Part shown: in pieces, positions 47,233-58,446 of the stretch
Layout: the number at the start of each line of letters is the position of its first letter
Position numbering within the stretch: position 1 is the first letter of the stretch
Assembly (NCBI GenBank): GCA_965218695.1
Contig: OZ244651.1
Span: forward strand, 2,240,001-2,304,000
Reading direction: 5' to 3'
DNA length: 64,000 nt
From: Nitrosopumilus sp.
Lineage (GTDB): Archaea > Thermoproteota > Nitrososphaeria > Nitrososphaerales > Nitrosopumilaceae
Notes under the pieces: generated by a model
The model's input: the letters and a program-made list of their open reading frames with translations, nothing else
What the model was told of the DNA's origin: nothing
Database searches by the model: none
Position numbers and translations under genes: made by a program

Positions 47233-49051
47233 GGCAGACCCGGATGTCGTCAGACGACTTCAGGCCGGTGATCTTGTGGGCAGTCTCAGAGCGGCGCGGT
47301 ATCTTTATCTGTCCCCGCCTGCCTATCCGCACAGGTCCCAGGGATTCATCGCCTGCATAGAGGTCTGCATGCATCGAGGCGTACCTCTTGCTGACAGTCA
47401 GGAATACTGCACCCCGCGACTCCGAGAAGGCGAACGGAAGGTCGCCGGACTCTGTAGCAGCAGCAGCATCATCATCATCCCCGGACTCCCTCTTGACGAT
47501 ATCAACATGGATGTTGAGGATCTTTTGAATCGACTCGATGTTGGAGCCGCCGCGGCCGATGATTGACCTGATGGACCGCTCATCCACTGACACCCTTGCC
47601 CTGTTCTCAGATACCAGTTCCACCTGCACGCCCGGATCATACATTCGAAAGGTGTCCTTGATCCTCTCTTCTGCAAGCTTTTGGAGGCCCGCCTTCTGGG
47701 ACTTGCCTGCAACCGGCACGATTACGTTCTCCTCGCCAAACGTATAGATCTCGTGCTCAAGCGTGTTGTCATCAAAGTCCCGTACCTCTATTACCGGCCT
47801 TGCCAGATCAGACTCGGTCATCCCCGAGGGGACCTTCACCTTCAGCTCCAGGTCGTAGACCTTTTTGATTCTGCCGTCCATCACAAAGATTACAGTATCC
47901 AAAACGTTGGGGATTATTCCAAGTTCGATCTTGCCTATGAAGCGCTGGATTGCGTCTAGGGGCGAGTTTGCATGGATCACCCCCACCAGTCCTACCCCGG
48001 ACATCCTCATGTCTGCAAACGTTCCAAAGTCCTCCCGCCGCCTTACCTCGTCAAATATGGTATAGTCCGGACGCACGAGCAGCAGGATGTCGGCTGCATT
48101 CTCAAAGCTTCCGTCGAGCTTGCCGTACTGGGTTACTCCCGAGTCAACCTGCAGATCCCTTGGGGACTCGAATGTCTTGACTATCTTGCCTTGCTGGTGG
48201 TAAAAGTTTCCGATGCTCGAGGCAAACGTGCTCTTCCCGGAACCGGGTGCGCCCGATATCACGATTCCCTCTGCCCTGTCAGTAAGGCGCACCATCAGCT
48301 TGTCAGATACCGAATAGTCCTCAAGGGTGAGTCTTGCTATCGGGTGCACTATTGTTATCTCGATCGATTCTGAAAACGGCGGACGCGTTATGGCTATGCG
48401 GTAGTCCAGGTACTGTACGACAGATGCCCCGGTCTTTGAGATCTCGACTGTGCCGTCGTCTGAGGCGTCAGCCAGGTCCAGTATCTGCGAGGAGATGAGG
48501 TTCAGGTACTCTGCAGACAGCGTCTCGTCGCCTATGACGGCCAGCAGGAACGCGCCAGGCCGTCCCCTCTTTGCCATGGGCTTCTGGTTCTCCTTGAGGT
48601 GCACGCTCATGGTCTCAGAGTCAAAGAACTTTAGGAATTCCAGGGTTGTGCTGTGGCCGGCATCCCTCAAAAGGACGGTCCGTATTCCCTGCGCCCGGGC
48701 CACCAGGTGCTGGACACGGTCTGACGTGTAGAGTACCGCCCCGCTGTCCCTGGCCATGTCTATGACAAGGGCGTCTATTCTTCCCCCGGCGGCAAGCACG
48801 ATGTCGTCGCCTGAGGGATGATCCCCCCTTGTCGCAACCTGCAGGCCGTAGCTGCCGGATATGTCTGCAAGCCTCTGCATCTTCTTGAGCCCCTCAAACC
48901 CCTGCTCCCTGTTCATGGACGCCTGGGACTGCAGCTCGTCGACGACTGCCTGCGGTATGATAATCTCGGAGTTGCGTATGGAGCCGGACTCGATCTGGGC
49001 GATGAGCTGGCCGTTGATTATGACGCTTGTGTCTGCCACTATCTTGGACAT
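47219..49051 (-). CDS. PINA-type PIN-domain ATPase with KH domain
   Basis: IVADTS PIN start, GAPGSGKST, FESPRDLQ, FDEVR, IIGRGG KH. Confidence 0.93.
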   Translation of the reverse strand: MSKIVADTSVIINGQLIAQIESGSIRNSEIIIPQAVVDELQSQASMNREQGFEGLKKMQRLADISGSYGLQVATRGDHPSGDDIVLAAGGRIDALVIDMARDSGAVLYTSDRVQHLVARAQGIRTVLLRDAGHSTTLEFLKFFDSETMSVHLKENQKPMAKRGRPGAFLLAVIGDETLSAEYLNLISSQILDLADASDDGTVEISKTGASVVQYLDYRIAITRPPFSESIEITIVHPIARLTLEDYSVSDKLMVRLTDRAEGIVISGAPGSGKSTFASSIGNFYHQQGKIVKTFESPRDLQVDSGVTQYGKLDGSFENAADILLLVRPDYTIFDEVRRREDFGTFADMRMSGVGLVGVIHANSPLDAIQRFIGKIELGIIPNVLDTVIFVMDGRIKKVYDLELKVKVPSGMTESDLARPVIEVRDFDDNTLEHEIYTFGEENVIVPVAGKSQKAGLQKLAEERIKDTFRMYDPGVQVELVSENRARVSVDERSIRSIIGRGGSNIESIQKILNIHVDIVKRESGDDDDAAAATESGDLPFAFSESRGAVFLTVSKRYASMHADLYAGDESLGPVRIGRRGQIKIPRRSETAHKITGLKSSDDIRVCLRDY

Positions 49052-49235
49052 TATGCTCATGAGCACGGCAGGCGCCCTAAATTACTTTTCTAAGGCCGTC
49101 TCGCGAGGGGCCGGGGAGTCATGCCCCCAGAAGGTGCGCCTGCCGGGCCACTCCCTGGAATGCTTGAAGAAAACAGACCTGTCAGACTAAAATAACTTAC
49201 ACTGTCAGAAAAAACCTCATTCCAGAATACATGCC

Positions 49236-49370
49236 ATGCAACCAGACAGAAACCACCGGTTCTACAAGGATTGCGCAGAATACTTTGAGTACCTGCGGAA
49301 GAAATGCGCCACCGACTACGGCTTTGAGGACGAGTATTACTTTACCATGCCTGCCATATCGGGCAGGTGA
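49236..49370 (+). CDS. small hypothetical protein (44 aa, not in the ORF track)
   Basis: MQPDRNHRFYKDCAEYFEYLRKKCATDYGFEDEYYFTMPAISGR read from the sequence, just upstream of tldD. Confidence 0.6.
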   Translation: MQPDRNHRFYKDCAEYFEYLRKKCATDYGFEDEYYFTMPAISGR

Positions 49371-49407
49371 GCAAAAGACTTACCAGTGCATGCATTCCAC
49401 GTAGGAT

Positions 49408-50817
49408 ATGAACCAGGACCTACAGGAGATGGCAGACAGGGCAGTAAGGTATGCTGCAGACTCTGGTGCCAGGTACTGCGACGCCAGGGCAGAAGAGTAC
49501 GAGATGGGTGCAGTGCGGATTGAAGACGGCCAGACCGACCATGCCAACATCACCAGGGACAGCGGCGTCGGGGTGAGGCTGACAGGATCCGGCTCTTGGG
49601 GGTTCTTCTCGGTTACGTGCCCGCAGTCATTCGAGCAGATTAGGCGCGGCATAGACGGCATCCTGGAAAGGTCATCAGGTTCCGGAATAGGCCTGTATCC
49701 GGGTACCGCCGCAAAGGCCGGGGTGGTGGACTATCCGGTCTTGAAGAGGCCGGACATGGAGGAGATGATACGGGTCGGGGTACAGTGCGGCAAGACGATG
49801 CTTGGCGTTCCGGGGGTCATAAAGTCGACTGTGGTCCCGCAGTACTCCAGGTGTTCAAAATACTTTGCAAGCAGCGAGGGTGCAGAGATTCTGCAGAACT
49901 TTACCGACGTGACGGTACACATGGCTGCCACCGCACACGATTCCGGACTGACGCAGTCAGTGGATGCGGTCGAGGGCGGAAGGGGAGGAATGGAGATGAT
50001 TACAGACCATGACAGGGCATACCAGACCGCACAGGACATTGCACAAAAGGCATCGCAGCTGACCGGCGCAAGGCCGGCAGCAGAGTCCAAGGCCACGACG
50101 GTGGTGATGAATCCGGACTTTGTAGCGCTGCTTGCCCATGAGATATTGGGCCACCCTTCAGAGGCCGACAGGGTGCTTGGAAGGGAGATGGCATGGGCCG
50201 GCGGCGCATGGTGGAAGGGCATGACGGGCCAGAGGATCGGCTCAGAGGAGCTCAACGTGTTTGATGATCCCACCATCAGCGGAAGCCTGGGATGGTACCG
50301 GTTTGACGACGAGGGGGTCAGGACAGAGAGGACTCCCCTCGTGCAGGACGGGGTCCTGACAGGCCACATGCAGAGCAGGGAGACGGGGAGCGTCTTTGGC
50401 ACAAGGCCGACGGGAAACATGAGGGCTGCAGACTACAGGCACATGCCGCTCATCCGCATGGCCTGCACCTGCATCGGGGGCGGCACCCAGAGCCCAGAGG
50501 AGATAATAAGAGGAGTCAAAAGCGGATACCTGATATCGAACATGAAGGTGCCGTCAATCGACATGAGGCGGCACAACTGGAGCATCTCGTGCCAGTATGC
50601 GCACAGGATAGAGGACGGCGTCATAACGGACCTGTGCAGGGACGTGATAGTGGTGGGGAATGCGCCGGAGTTCTTCAAGTCGATTGATGCGTGCGGGAGT
50701 GACTTTGCCGTAAGGCCGATCACCAACTGCGGCAAGGGCGATCCGATGCAGGCTATGGGGATGGGAAACGGCGGCCCCACGATCCGGGGAACGGCGACAG
50801 TCAGGAGTGCAGGCTAG
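49408..50817 (+). CDS. tldD: TldD family metalloprotease
   Basis: HEILGHPSEADR, FDDEGV, PLIRM, CGKGDPMQ. Confidence 0.9.
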   Translation: MNQDLQEMADRAVRYAADSGARYCDARAEEYEMGAVRIEDGQTDHANITRDSGVGVRLTGSGSWGFFSVTCPQSFEQIRRGIDGILERSSGSGIGLYPGTAAKAGVVDYPVLKRPDMEEMIRVGVQCGKTMLGVPGVIKSTVVPQYSRCSKYFASSEGAEILQNFTDVTVHMAATAHDSGLTQSVDAVEGGRGGMEMITDHDRAYQTAQDIAQKASQLTGARPAAESKATTVVMNPDFVALLAHEILGHPSEADRVLGREMAWAGGAWWKGMTGQRIGSEELNVFDDPTISGSLGWYRFDDEGVRTERTPLVQDGVLTGHMQSRETGSVFGTRPTGNMRAADYRHMPLIRMACTCIGGGTQSPEEIIRGVKSGYLISNMKVPSIDMRRHNWSISCQYAHRIEDGVITDLCRDVIVVGNAPEFFKSIDACGSDFAVRPITNCGKGDPMQAMGMGNGGPTIRGTATVRSAG

Positions 50818-51408
50818 ATGGACAGGCTGGAGATCCTAAGGCAGGAGGTGGTATCCTGTACAGGATGCAAGCTTCACAAGACCAGGATCCGCGCAGTCCC
50901 GGGCGTCGGGAATCCTGCATCAGATGTCATATTTATCGGGGAGGCCCCCGGGAGGACAGAGGACATGAGAGGCCAGCCGTTTGTCGGGGCCGCAGGCCAG
51001 AGGCTCTCCCAAGCACTGGAGGCTGCAGGAACGTCAAGGGACGCAGTATACATTACAAACGTTGTAAAGTGCAGGCCGCCGGACAACAGGGTTCCGGATG
51101 CCGCAGAGAGGGAGGCGTGCAGGAGGCACCTTGACGAGGAGATGCAGGCAATAAGGCCGAGGATAGTCTGCATCATGGGCAATACCGCGTTTGGCTCCAT
51201 ACTGGGCAGGACCGGCATAGGCAAGGTCAGAGGCAAGATGTGCAGAATGGGTGATCAGCTGTACTTTCTCACCGTGCATCCGGCAGCCACCCTGTACAAG
51301 CAGGAACTGGTCGGCGTGCTGAACGGGGACATTGCAAGGCTCTTTGAGATAGTCAAGGATATGAGGAGGGGCATAGATGTCAGGGCGGACATTGAATATC
51401 CTTCCTAG
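50818..51408 (+). CDS. udg: family 4 uracil-DNA glycosylase
   Basis: C..C.L, GEAPG..ED..G.PFVG, NVVKCRPP.NR, HPAA. Confidence 0.95.
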   Translation: MDRLEILRQEVVSCTGCKLHKTRIRAVPGVGNPASDVIFIGEAPGRTEDMRGQPFVGAAGQRLSQALEAAGTSRDAVYITNVVKCRPPDNRVPDAAEREACRRHLDEEMQAIRPRIVCIMGNTAFGSILGRTGIGKVRGKMCRMGDQLYFLTVHPAATLYKQELVGVLNGDIARLFEIVKDMRRGIDVRADIEYPS

Positions 51409-51946
51409 GGAGTTTTACATGCAGGGTACGGTCCTGGCCGCAAGAAGCCTTCTGGGAAAGAGGCTGGTCAGGAGGACAGGCGGCGGCGAGATCTCAGGAA
51501 TCATCACGGAGACTGAAGCCTACGGGCACGCAGATGATCCGGCAAGCCATGCATTCAGGGGCGCCACCGAGAGGAACAGGGTGATGTTCGGAGAGGTTGG
51601 CACGGCATATGTCTACTTTACGTATGGAATGCACTTTTGCTTTAACGTGGTGGCAAGGGACGGGGCGGCCAAGGCAGGCGCGGTCCTCATCCGCGCAATC
51701 AGGCCCGAGAGTGGCATGGAGATAATGCTTCAGAACAGAAGGGTCCGCGATGTAAGGATTCTTTCAGACGGGCCTGCAAAGCTGACGCAGGCGCTGTGCA
51801 TCACACGGGAACACTCCGGGATCGACCTGACAGCAGGCCCCCTCCTGTTCATTGCAGAGGGCATCAGGGCAGACAGGATTGCAGCCTCGCCGCGCGTGGG
51901 GATCAGAAAGGCGACAGACAGGCTCTGGAACTTTAAGATGGGCTAG
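51377..51946 (+). CDS. mpg: 3-methyladenine DNA glycosylase (AAG/MPG)
   Basis: ITETEAY..DPASH, YVYFTYGMH, AVLIRA, GPAKL, PRVGI. Confidence 0.95.
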   Translation: MSGRTLNILPREFYMQGTVLAARSLLGKRLVRRTGGGEISGIITETEAYGHADDPASHAFRGATERNRVMFGEVGTAYVYFTYGMHFCFNVVARDGAAKAGAVLIRAIRPESGMEIMLQNRRVRDVRILSDGPAKLTQALCITREHSGIDLTAGPLLFIAEGIRADRIAASPRVGIRKATDRLWNFKMG

Positions 51947-52581
51947 TTGCGATCATCGGCATCATCATCAAGAGTCCACGGGGCGACCCTCCCAAGGATT
52001 CTATGCCAGTCCAGCTTTAGGAGCAGTATTACGACTGCGCTCATCGAGGCACCAAATATTATGATGCCGATGTATACTGGTGTTGCGTCGTTGACGTTTG
52101 CCAGGAACGGCTCTGCAAGGGACAGGCCGAGGTGGTGGGATACAAACACGATGACATAACTCAGGACAATCTTTCCTGTAAGGGTAGCCACAAAGAAGCG
52201 TACAGGGTTGTACCGGGCAAGTCCCAGCGGGACGTATACCAGATCGTCAGGGATGGGCGTGGCTGCTGCAAAGAATGCAGCCCCCGCACCATACCTCTTG
52301 ACCAGCCTCTCAAACGGCCGCATCCGGTGCCTGGTATTTTCGTTGATTATTCGCCGTCCCCCGTAGCTTGCATAGAAGATTATCTGCTTTGCAGCAGTGG
52401 CAGTAACAGCAGAGAGTATCGCCAGGACGTGCAGGTCGTACTGGTCGCCCACCGACATGGTCGCAAGCAGCAGGAATCCGGGCAGCGGGACAAACGGGAC
52501 AAGCGAGCCGATAAAGTTTACAAGCCCGAGACTCAGATAGCCGACCTCGGGGGCAAACGGGAACAGATCGACAAGGTCCAC
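51943..52581 (-). CDS. DedA/VTT-domain membrane protein
   Basis: multi-TM, AATPIPDDLVYVPLG..FF..T..GK. Confidence 0.88.
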   Translation of the reverse strand: MDLVDLFPFAPEVGYLSLGLVNFIGSLVPFVPLPGFLLLATMSVGDQYDLHVLAILSAVTATAAKQIIFYASYGGRRIINENTRHRMRPFERLVKRYGAGAAFFAAATPIPDDLVYVPLGLARYNPVRFFVATLTGKIVLSYVIVFVSHHLGLSLAEPFLANVNDATPVYIGIIIFGASMSAVVILLLKLDWHRILGRVAPWTLDDDADDRN

Positions 52582-52861
52582 AATCAGATCTCTTTCATGT
52601 GTTAATTAAAAGACTCTATGTGCAGGTGTTCTGCAAAGGCTGCAGATGGCCGAATGCCTCTCCCGGCTGACGCTGCGTGCAGGTGTCATGAGCCTCCCTC
52701 CTCCCCCTAGAGAGCGTCTGCCGGACAGTCCCGGATGCGGCCATGGCCTGCTTTGGGGGCAGTACCGCGCCGTCATGCACGGTTCTGATCTGCATGCACT
52801 GCCAAAGGCGATCTGGCATATCATCCAGGACAGCATGGGCAAGGGAAGCACTTTTTACCAT

Positions 52862-53254
52862 ATGCCATTTTTGCAAGAAACCATGAGGATACTTGCAGTG
52901 GATGACGATCCGGACATCACACAGATGTTGGAAATGATCGTCAAGTCCCTTGGGCACGAGTTTGACTCGGCATACGGAGGCAGGGAGGGTTTTGAGAAGA
53001 TCCGCAATGGGGCGTATGACCTGGTATTCCTGGATCTCTCGATGCCGGACTTTATGGGATCGGACGTGGTAGAGACCTTGATCGAGCATGACCTGATGAA
53101 CCGACAAAAGATAGTACTGTTTACGGCCTTTTATCTCGGAACGGGGCATCTGGAGAGGGAACTACAAAAAAAGGGCATCCACTCAGTCATGACAAAGCCT
53201 GCCGACATAGACCAGATCATAGACAAGATAAACGAGGTAGGGAAAGGGGCATAG
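52862..53254 (+). CDS. single-domain response regulator (CheY-like receiver)
   Basis: RILAVDDD, DLVFLDLSMP, FTA, KP; start moved to 52862. Confidence 0.92.
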   Translation: MPFLQETMRILAVDDDPDITQMLEMIVKSLGHEFDSAYGGREGFEKIRNGAYDLVFLDLSMPDFMGSDVVETLIEHDLMNRQKIVLFTAFYLGTGHLERELQKKGIHSVMTKPADIDQIIDKINEVGKGA

Positions 53255-53265
53255 CCGCCGTTTGA

Positions 53266-53288
53266 GGTGGTGGTGGTGGTGGTGGTGG
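53266..53288 (+). repeat. (GGT)7GG microsatellite
   Basis: direct reading, 11 bp after the receiver stop codon. Confidence 0.9.
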
Positions 53289-53521
53289 CCGGACACGGGT
53301 CATGCATGGCCGCCTCGTGCGTTGCACCATACGAATTCGGTCTGGACACTAAAAGAACGGACGCATCTGTTCACAATACCGGTGGTCAGGCCAGGTTTTT
53401 GCGTGTCCCGGAGATCACCGGAACCGCGCCAAAGCGGTATGATCTTGAGGCATTTTCGGCAACATCTGCAGACCCGTCTCCTTGGATAAGGATTAAAATA
53501 TTATGCCCTGATGGGAATGGT

Positions 53522-53899
53522 ATGATAGGGCAGACCTTTGATGGCATCTGCAGCGAGATAGCTACATTCAGCCCGTACATCAGGTTTGTGGGCGTCATAG
53601 ACGGGGATGGCCATCTTTTGGCGTACAGGAGGAGGTCGAACATGGTGCCGCTGCTGAACCAGCAGAATACCACGCGCCAGTTTACGCACATTGCCGTAAA
53701 GACGGGCATGGAAAAGTCCTTTGACACGAGTCTTGGAGAGGTGGAGTTTGTCTGGGAGGAGAGAAGAAGGGTTCAGACTATCTCCTTTGGGGTAGGATCC
53801 TTGAGGGTGTGGCTGTCAATTGACAAGAAGGTAATCAGATCAGAGGTGCTCAGAATCATCGACTCCTGCCTGCCAATAGTAAGAAAGTTTTCAGAATAG
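53522..53899 (+). CDS. hypothetical protein (roadblock/profilin-like, thaumarchaeal family)
   Basis: IRFVGVID..G..LA..R....PLL..FD..LG pattern; start moved to 53522. Confidence 0.7.
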   Translation: MIGQTFDGICSEIATFSPYIRFVGVIDGDGHLLAYRRRSNMVPLLNQQNTTRQFTHIAVKTGMEKSFDTSLGEVEFVWEERRRVQTISFGVGSLRVWLSIDKKVIRSEVLRIIDSCLPIVRKFSE

Positions 53900-53956
53900 T
53901 CCTGCTGCAGGATCATCCCCCGTATATCATGCACCGGGCATCACGGATATGCGGAT

Positions 53957-54904
53957 TTATTCTGCAGCAGGGCTCTTCTCTTCAAGCCAGCAGCGCACGT
54001 ATCCGGTACCGGTCTTGAACTTTGGCGGAACCTCCTTGCATTTTTCAACTGCCAGGGGGCACCTGTCAATGAACCTGCACATGGTGGGGGCATCAAGCAG
54101 GCTCGGGGGTATTCCGGGGATTGATTTTGGCCTGTCGCCCCTCAGCCTCGGAATCGACTGCAGCAGCCCCTGCGTGTACGGGTGTCTTGGGTTATTGTAG
54201 ACCTCTTCTGAGGTGCCAAACTCTACAATGTGCCCGCCGTACATCACTGCAACCTTGTCTGCAATCTCGGAGAGGACTGCCAGGTCATGCGTGATGAGTA
54301 TGAACGAGACGCCCTGTTTCTTTAGGGATTTTAGCAGGTTGACTATCTGGGCCTGAATCAGGACGTCAAGGGCGGTGGTAGGCTCGTCGGCAATCACTAT
54401 GCTCGGCTTGAGCAGCAGGGCCATTGCAATGACTACGCGCTGCTTCATTCCGCCGCTAAGCTCGTGCGGGTACTTGCGGAGGACGGCCGGGTCAAGGCGG
54501 ACGGACTGGACTGCATCAGATATTGCGCCGTCAAAGTCGCCTTCGAACCTGTGCCGCTGCAGGATCTCTATGAACTGATCCCGGATCGTAAAGACCGGAT
54601 CCAAGGAGTTCATTGCGCCCTGGAACATCATGGAGATCTTCTTCCACCTGTACCCAGAATCAAACGCAGACTCCTCCATGTCCAGAAGCGAGCGTCCGTC
54701 GAGGGTTATCCTGCCCTGCACCGTTCCGCCCGAGATCATCCGGATTACCGACAGGCCCAGCGTGCTCTTTCCGCATGCGCTCTCGCCTGCGATTCCCATC
54801 GACTCCCCGTCGTGCAGATCAAAGTCTGCATCATCTACTGCATATACCGGGCCTCCGGACGTGGCATACGTTACGCAGAGTCCGCGGGCATCTAGCAGTG
54901 CCAT
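53957..54904 (-). CDS. oligopeptide/dipeptide ABC transporter ATP-binding protein
   Basis: GESACGKST, YPHELSGGMKQR, ADEPTTALD, HPYTQGLL. Confidence 0.95.
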   Translation of the reverse strand: MALLDARGLCVTYATSGGPVYAVDDADFDLHDGESMGIAGESACGKSTLGLSVIRMISGGTVQGRITLDGRSLLDMEESAFDSGYRWKKISMMFQGAMNSLDPVFTIRDQFIEILQRHRFEGDFDGAISDAVQSVRLDPAVLRKYPHELSGGMKQRVVIAMALLLKPSIVIADEPTTALDVLIQAQIVNLLKSLKKQGVSFILITHDLAVLSEIADKVAVMYGGHIVEFGTSEEVYNNPRHPYTQGLLQSIPRLRGDRPKSIPGIPPSLLDAPTMCRFIDRCPLAVEKCKEVPPKFKTGTGYVRCWLEEKSPAAE

Positions 54905-55049
54905 GTCCTCAGATCCAAGTTGTAGCATCTGCCTTCATTAAGGGATATAAACAACACCGTCAGAGACTGATTGGATTGGAACATTTAGCATGCATGGAGG
55001 AGTGGTCTGCAGCGTACCCGGTACCGGGACGCCTCGGGGGCGGCAGGCC

Positions 55050-56336
55050 ATGACGTTTGTCAAGACGCACGACATAGCAGATATCGGCGCAGGGATGATC
55101 GGGGAGCGCGTGGTCCTCGGGGGCTGGGTCGAGGATCTTAGGAAGATGGGCAAGATGTCATTCATCACGCTCCGGGACGTGTCGGGAATATCCCAGGTGA
55201 TCGTAAAGGGGGAGACAAACGAGGGCATGGGAGAGATCAACAGGCAGAGCACAGTCAGGGTGAGCGGAACGGTCCAGGAGACAAGGGCCAGGGACTATTC
55301 GTTTGAGATTAATGCAGATGCCGTGGAGGTGCTGGGAAGGGCCGTCCATCCGCTTCCGGTCGACCCGATTGGCAGGCTGGAGAGCAACATCGATACTAGG
55401 CTGAACCATCGCGCCCTGGACATGAGAAACCAAAAGACTGCATCAATATTCAAGATGAGGCACCACGTGCTGCAGTCCCTGCGCAGCACCCTGACACAAA
55501 AAAAATTCATAGAGATAACGACGCCCAAGATCATCGGCAGCGCAAGCGAAGGGGGCGCCAACCTGTTCTCGCTGGAATACTTTGGAAAGACGGCATACCT
55601 GGCACAAAGCCCGCAGCTGTACAAGGAGCAGATGACCATCGGGCTGGAGAGGGTCTTTGAGATATCAAACTTTTACCGTGCAGAAAACTCCCACACGGGC
55701 AGGCACCTGAGCGAGTTTACCAGCATAGACATAGAGGCAGCATTCATGGACTATGACGATGTCATGGACGTGCTGGAGGGCCTGGTGACTGCAGTGTACA
55801 AGTCTGCATCAGAGAACTGCAGGGCAGAGCAGGAGGCCATCGGGAATACCATCAGCGTCCCAAAATCTCCGTTTGAGAGGATCACGTACGGGCAGTGCGT
55901 CGAGGAGCTCCGCGTGGAGGATCAGAAGGTGGAGTTTGGAGACGACCTGCTGGATTCGCATCTGAGAATAATAGGAAAGAGGCATCCGGGATTCTTCTTT
56001 TTGACGGACTGGCCGATACGGCTCAAGCCGTTTTACATCATGGAGAAGGACGAGGATGCCACCGTCTCCCGCTCCTTTGACCTGCAGTACGGGTACCTGG
56101 AGCTGTCGTCCGGAGGCACGAGGCTTCACGATCCCGAGGTGCTAAAGGGCAGGCTGAAGGAGCAGGGGCTTGACCCGGCCCAGTTTACAGACCACCTCAA
56201 GGCCTTTGACTGGGGGATGCCGCCGCATTCCGGATGGGGGATGGGGCTGGACAGGCTGATGGCCACCATAATCGGGGTGGACAACGTCCGCGAGGTCGTG
56301 CTGTATCCGAGGGATCCGGACAGGCTCAGGCCGTAA
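55050..56336 (+). CDS. aspS: archaeal aspartyl-tRNA synthetase
   Basis: OB fold, SEGGANLF, YLAQSPQLYK, YRAENSHTGRHLSEF, PPHSGWGMGLDRL. Confidence 0.97.
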   Translation: MTFVKTHDIADIGAGMIGERVVLGGWVEDLRKMGKMSFITLRDVSGISQVIVKGETNEGMGEINRQSTVRVSGTVQETRARDYSFEINADAVEVLGRAVHPLPVDPIGRLESNIDTRLNHRALDMRNQKTASIFKMRHHVLQSLRSTLTQKKFIEITTPKIIGSASEGGANLFSLEYFGKTAYLAQSPQLYKEQMTIGLERVFEISNFYRAENSHTGRHLSEFTSIDIEAAFMDYDDVMDVLEGLVTAVYKSASENCRAEQEAIGNTISVPKSPFERITYGQCVEELRVEDQKVEFGDDLLDSHLRIIGKRHPGFFFLTDWPIRLKPFYIMEKDEDATVSRSFDLQYGYLELSSGGTRLHDPEVLKGRLKEQGLDPAQFTDHLKAFDWGMPPHSGWGMGLDRLMATIIGVDNVREVVLYPRDPDRLRP

Positions 56337-56526
56337 TGCAGTCGTGTATATTCGGCAAGGCATCGTCTGCAACAGTCATCGTTATCATCATCATCACATT
56401 CCGAATTACACAAAAAAATTCATGCAAAATTTAACCAGTCAGACTGAATCATGGATCACGCTATCCCTTGACGCAGTACGGGCAGGACAAAGCAGAAAAA
56501 CCCAAGACAGGAAATGGCTGCCGCGA

Positions 56527-58446
56527 CTAGGATTTCTTGATCTTTTTTTGCTTATTTCTGCATATTATTGCAGCAGTCCCAAACGCCGGAGAACCGACAT
56601 ACATTCCAAGATTCAGCAAGACTATGGAGACTCCATAGCCTAGCATCTCCCCTTCAGAGTCGATATCTGCATGATTCAGCAGGGACAGGGATGCCAGCAT
56701 CGGGGTCAGTGCTATCCTTACTGTCTCCCTGAATACCGGATGCTCTCTTTGCAGATCAGCTATTGCAGGAGAGAACGAATAATACACCTGGTTGAATGAT
56801 GCCATGAATGCAGCACCCGACCCTGTTGACAGAACCGCATTGTCCCTGAGCTCCCTCAACTGCTGTACCTGCGGTGCAAGCTCCGAGCCGTATGCTGCAG
56901 TCGCAATCAGACAGCCGCCGCCTCCTCCGTTGGATTCTCCAGTCGAATCATCCGGCGGCGGGACTTCCAGTAGGTCAGTCGGAGGCTGGATTTCCAGTAG
57001 ATCAGTCGGAGGCGTGGACGGGGCCTCAGCAAGGGCAGATATCTGATCCGGCCCTACCTCTACAAGTGCAGAGCCGATTCCCGAGTAGGTGGCATCATAA
57101 TCCAGTCCGGTTCCCACCACCAAAACGTCAATCCTGAGCAGGCCCTCTGATGGGACATGAATATTCTGTACATCGATTCCCTCAGAGGAGAGGATTGCAG
57201 GGTTGTCAGGATCGCGTGTAACAGACGAGGAGAGTTCCTGCCCGAATTCGTCAGATACAGAATATGCGTACCAGACATCCCGGATAAGTTGCCTGTCAGA
57301 ATCAAAGAACGCAAACTCGAACGGAATTGTCTGGCCTGCACCGTACGTGCTGTCCCATGAAAGCTGGACGGTATTAGGGGTCGGTTCGAAGTTTACTGTA
57401 TCCGCAAGATAAAACTCTGCAAAGTTCTTTGAGGCTCCGTCTGATGGAACCAGTTTAAAGTTCATGTTCTTGTTGGCATGGTGTTCCGGACCCAGGGCAT
57501 CATTGATCCTTAGCAGTTCGGTCTGGGATACTAGGAAATGAATGATGTTTGTGTCGTCCATTGTGTATGGATCGTTGAGCAGTGCCCTCTGGCCAATCTC
57601 AATCCCGTTGACATATCCCTTAAACTGCGTTCCGCTGACATATGGTGCAAAGCTTGACGGAATCTGAATCTCCTCGTGCACCACAGGAACCAGATCCACA
57701 TAGTCTGGACTCCAGTCAAACGGCATGTCAAACGTAATGGAGTTGTCAGAGGCATCAAATGCAAAGTTTTTCACATCGTCATAGTATGTCTTGACGACTA
57801 CGGGAACTTCCTGTGCGTGCGCCGTGCTGATTAAAAAGTCCTGTTCCTGCGCGATGCTGACAAACGTATCGTAGCTTAGTCTCTCTGCAACCAGTGCCTT
57901 CGGACTGGTTGCGCCATCGATGTCTATCTTGATGTTATACAGGCCGCCCCTGTCAAATACCGGTCCTGTGATAGTGGGCCTTGCGCAGGCATCTAGGTTG
58001 TCGTCGTCGCATTCTGGCCCGTACACATAAAGTGCTTCAGGGGCACTCGGATGCTCGGATCCGCCATAAACGGTACATCGCCAGAGATCCACAGCATCGC
58101 AATCAGCAGTCGGGCGAACCTCCACGTAGAGTATCCCGTCATCATCATAAAAGAAACTGCCTGCAAGCAGTTCGTTCTTCCAGATTTCTACCCTGTACGT
58201 CACCTTCTCCAACGTATTATCGGTCTCAAGATCAAAGAACCTAATCTTCAGGTTGACATCATCAATACTTCCAACTGTAAGATCAGCCGGGGTGATGTCA
58301 GTGCGTACCGTGACGTTCATGCCCTCAAAGCTGATGGGCTCGGCCTGATCACCTCCGATTCCGTGTCCAAAGGCAGTTGGAAGAGCAACAGAAATAGCAA
58401 GTACGCCGACTGCCATCGCAAGCAGCCCAGGCACATAATACAACAA
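56527..58446 (-). CDS. exported protein with CFI-box-CTERM domain
   Basis: signal peptide; [28 protein letters not shown]...YYSFSP; terminal TM. Confidence 0.88.
   Translation of the reverse strand: MLYYVPGLLAMAVGVLAISVALPTAFGHGIGGDQAEPISFEGMNVTVRTDITPADLTVGSIDDVNLKIRFFDLETDNTLEKVTYRVEIWKNELLAGSFFYDDDGILYVEVRPTADCDAVDLWRCTVYGGSEHPSAPEALYVYGPECDDDNLDACARPTITGPVFDRGGLYNIKIDIDGATSPKALVAERLSYDTFVSIAQEQDFLISTAHAQEVPVVVKTYYDDVKNFAFDASDNSITFDMPFDWSPDYVDLVPVVHEEIQIPSSFAPYVSGTQFKGYVNGIEIGQRALLNDPYTMDDTNIIHFLVSQTELLRINDALGPEHHANKNMNFKLVPSDGASKNFAEFYLADTVNFEPTPNTVQLSWDSTYGAGQTIPFEFAFFDSDRQLIRDVWYAYSVSDEFGQELSSSVTRDPDNPAILSSEGIDVQNIHVPSEGLLRIDVLVVGTGLDYDATYSGIGSALVEVGPDQISALAEAPSTPPTDLLEIQPPTDLLEVPPPDDSTGESNGGGGGCLIATAAYGSELAPQVQQLRELRDNAVLSTGSGAAFMASFNQVYYSFSPAIADLQREHPVFRETVRIALTPMLASLSLLNHADIDSEGEMLGYGVSIVLLNLGMYVGSPAFGTAAIICRNKQKKIKKS

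Noticed and set aside
53267-53521. Poly-Val / poly-Trp N-terminal ORF extensions
   Set aside because: Artefacts of the GGT microsatellite
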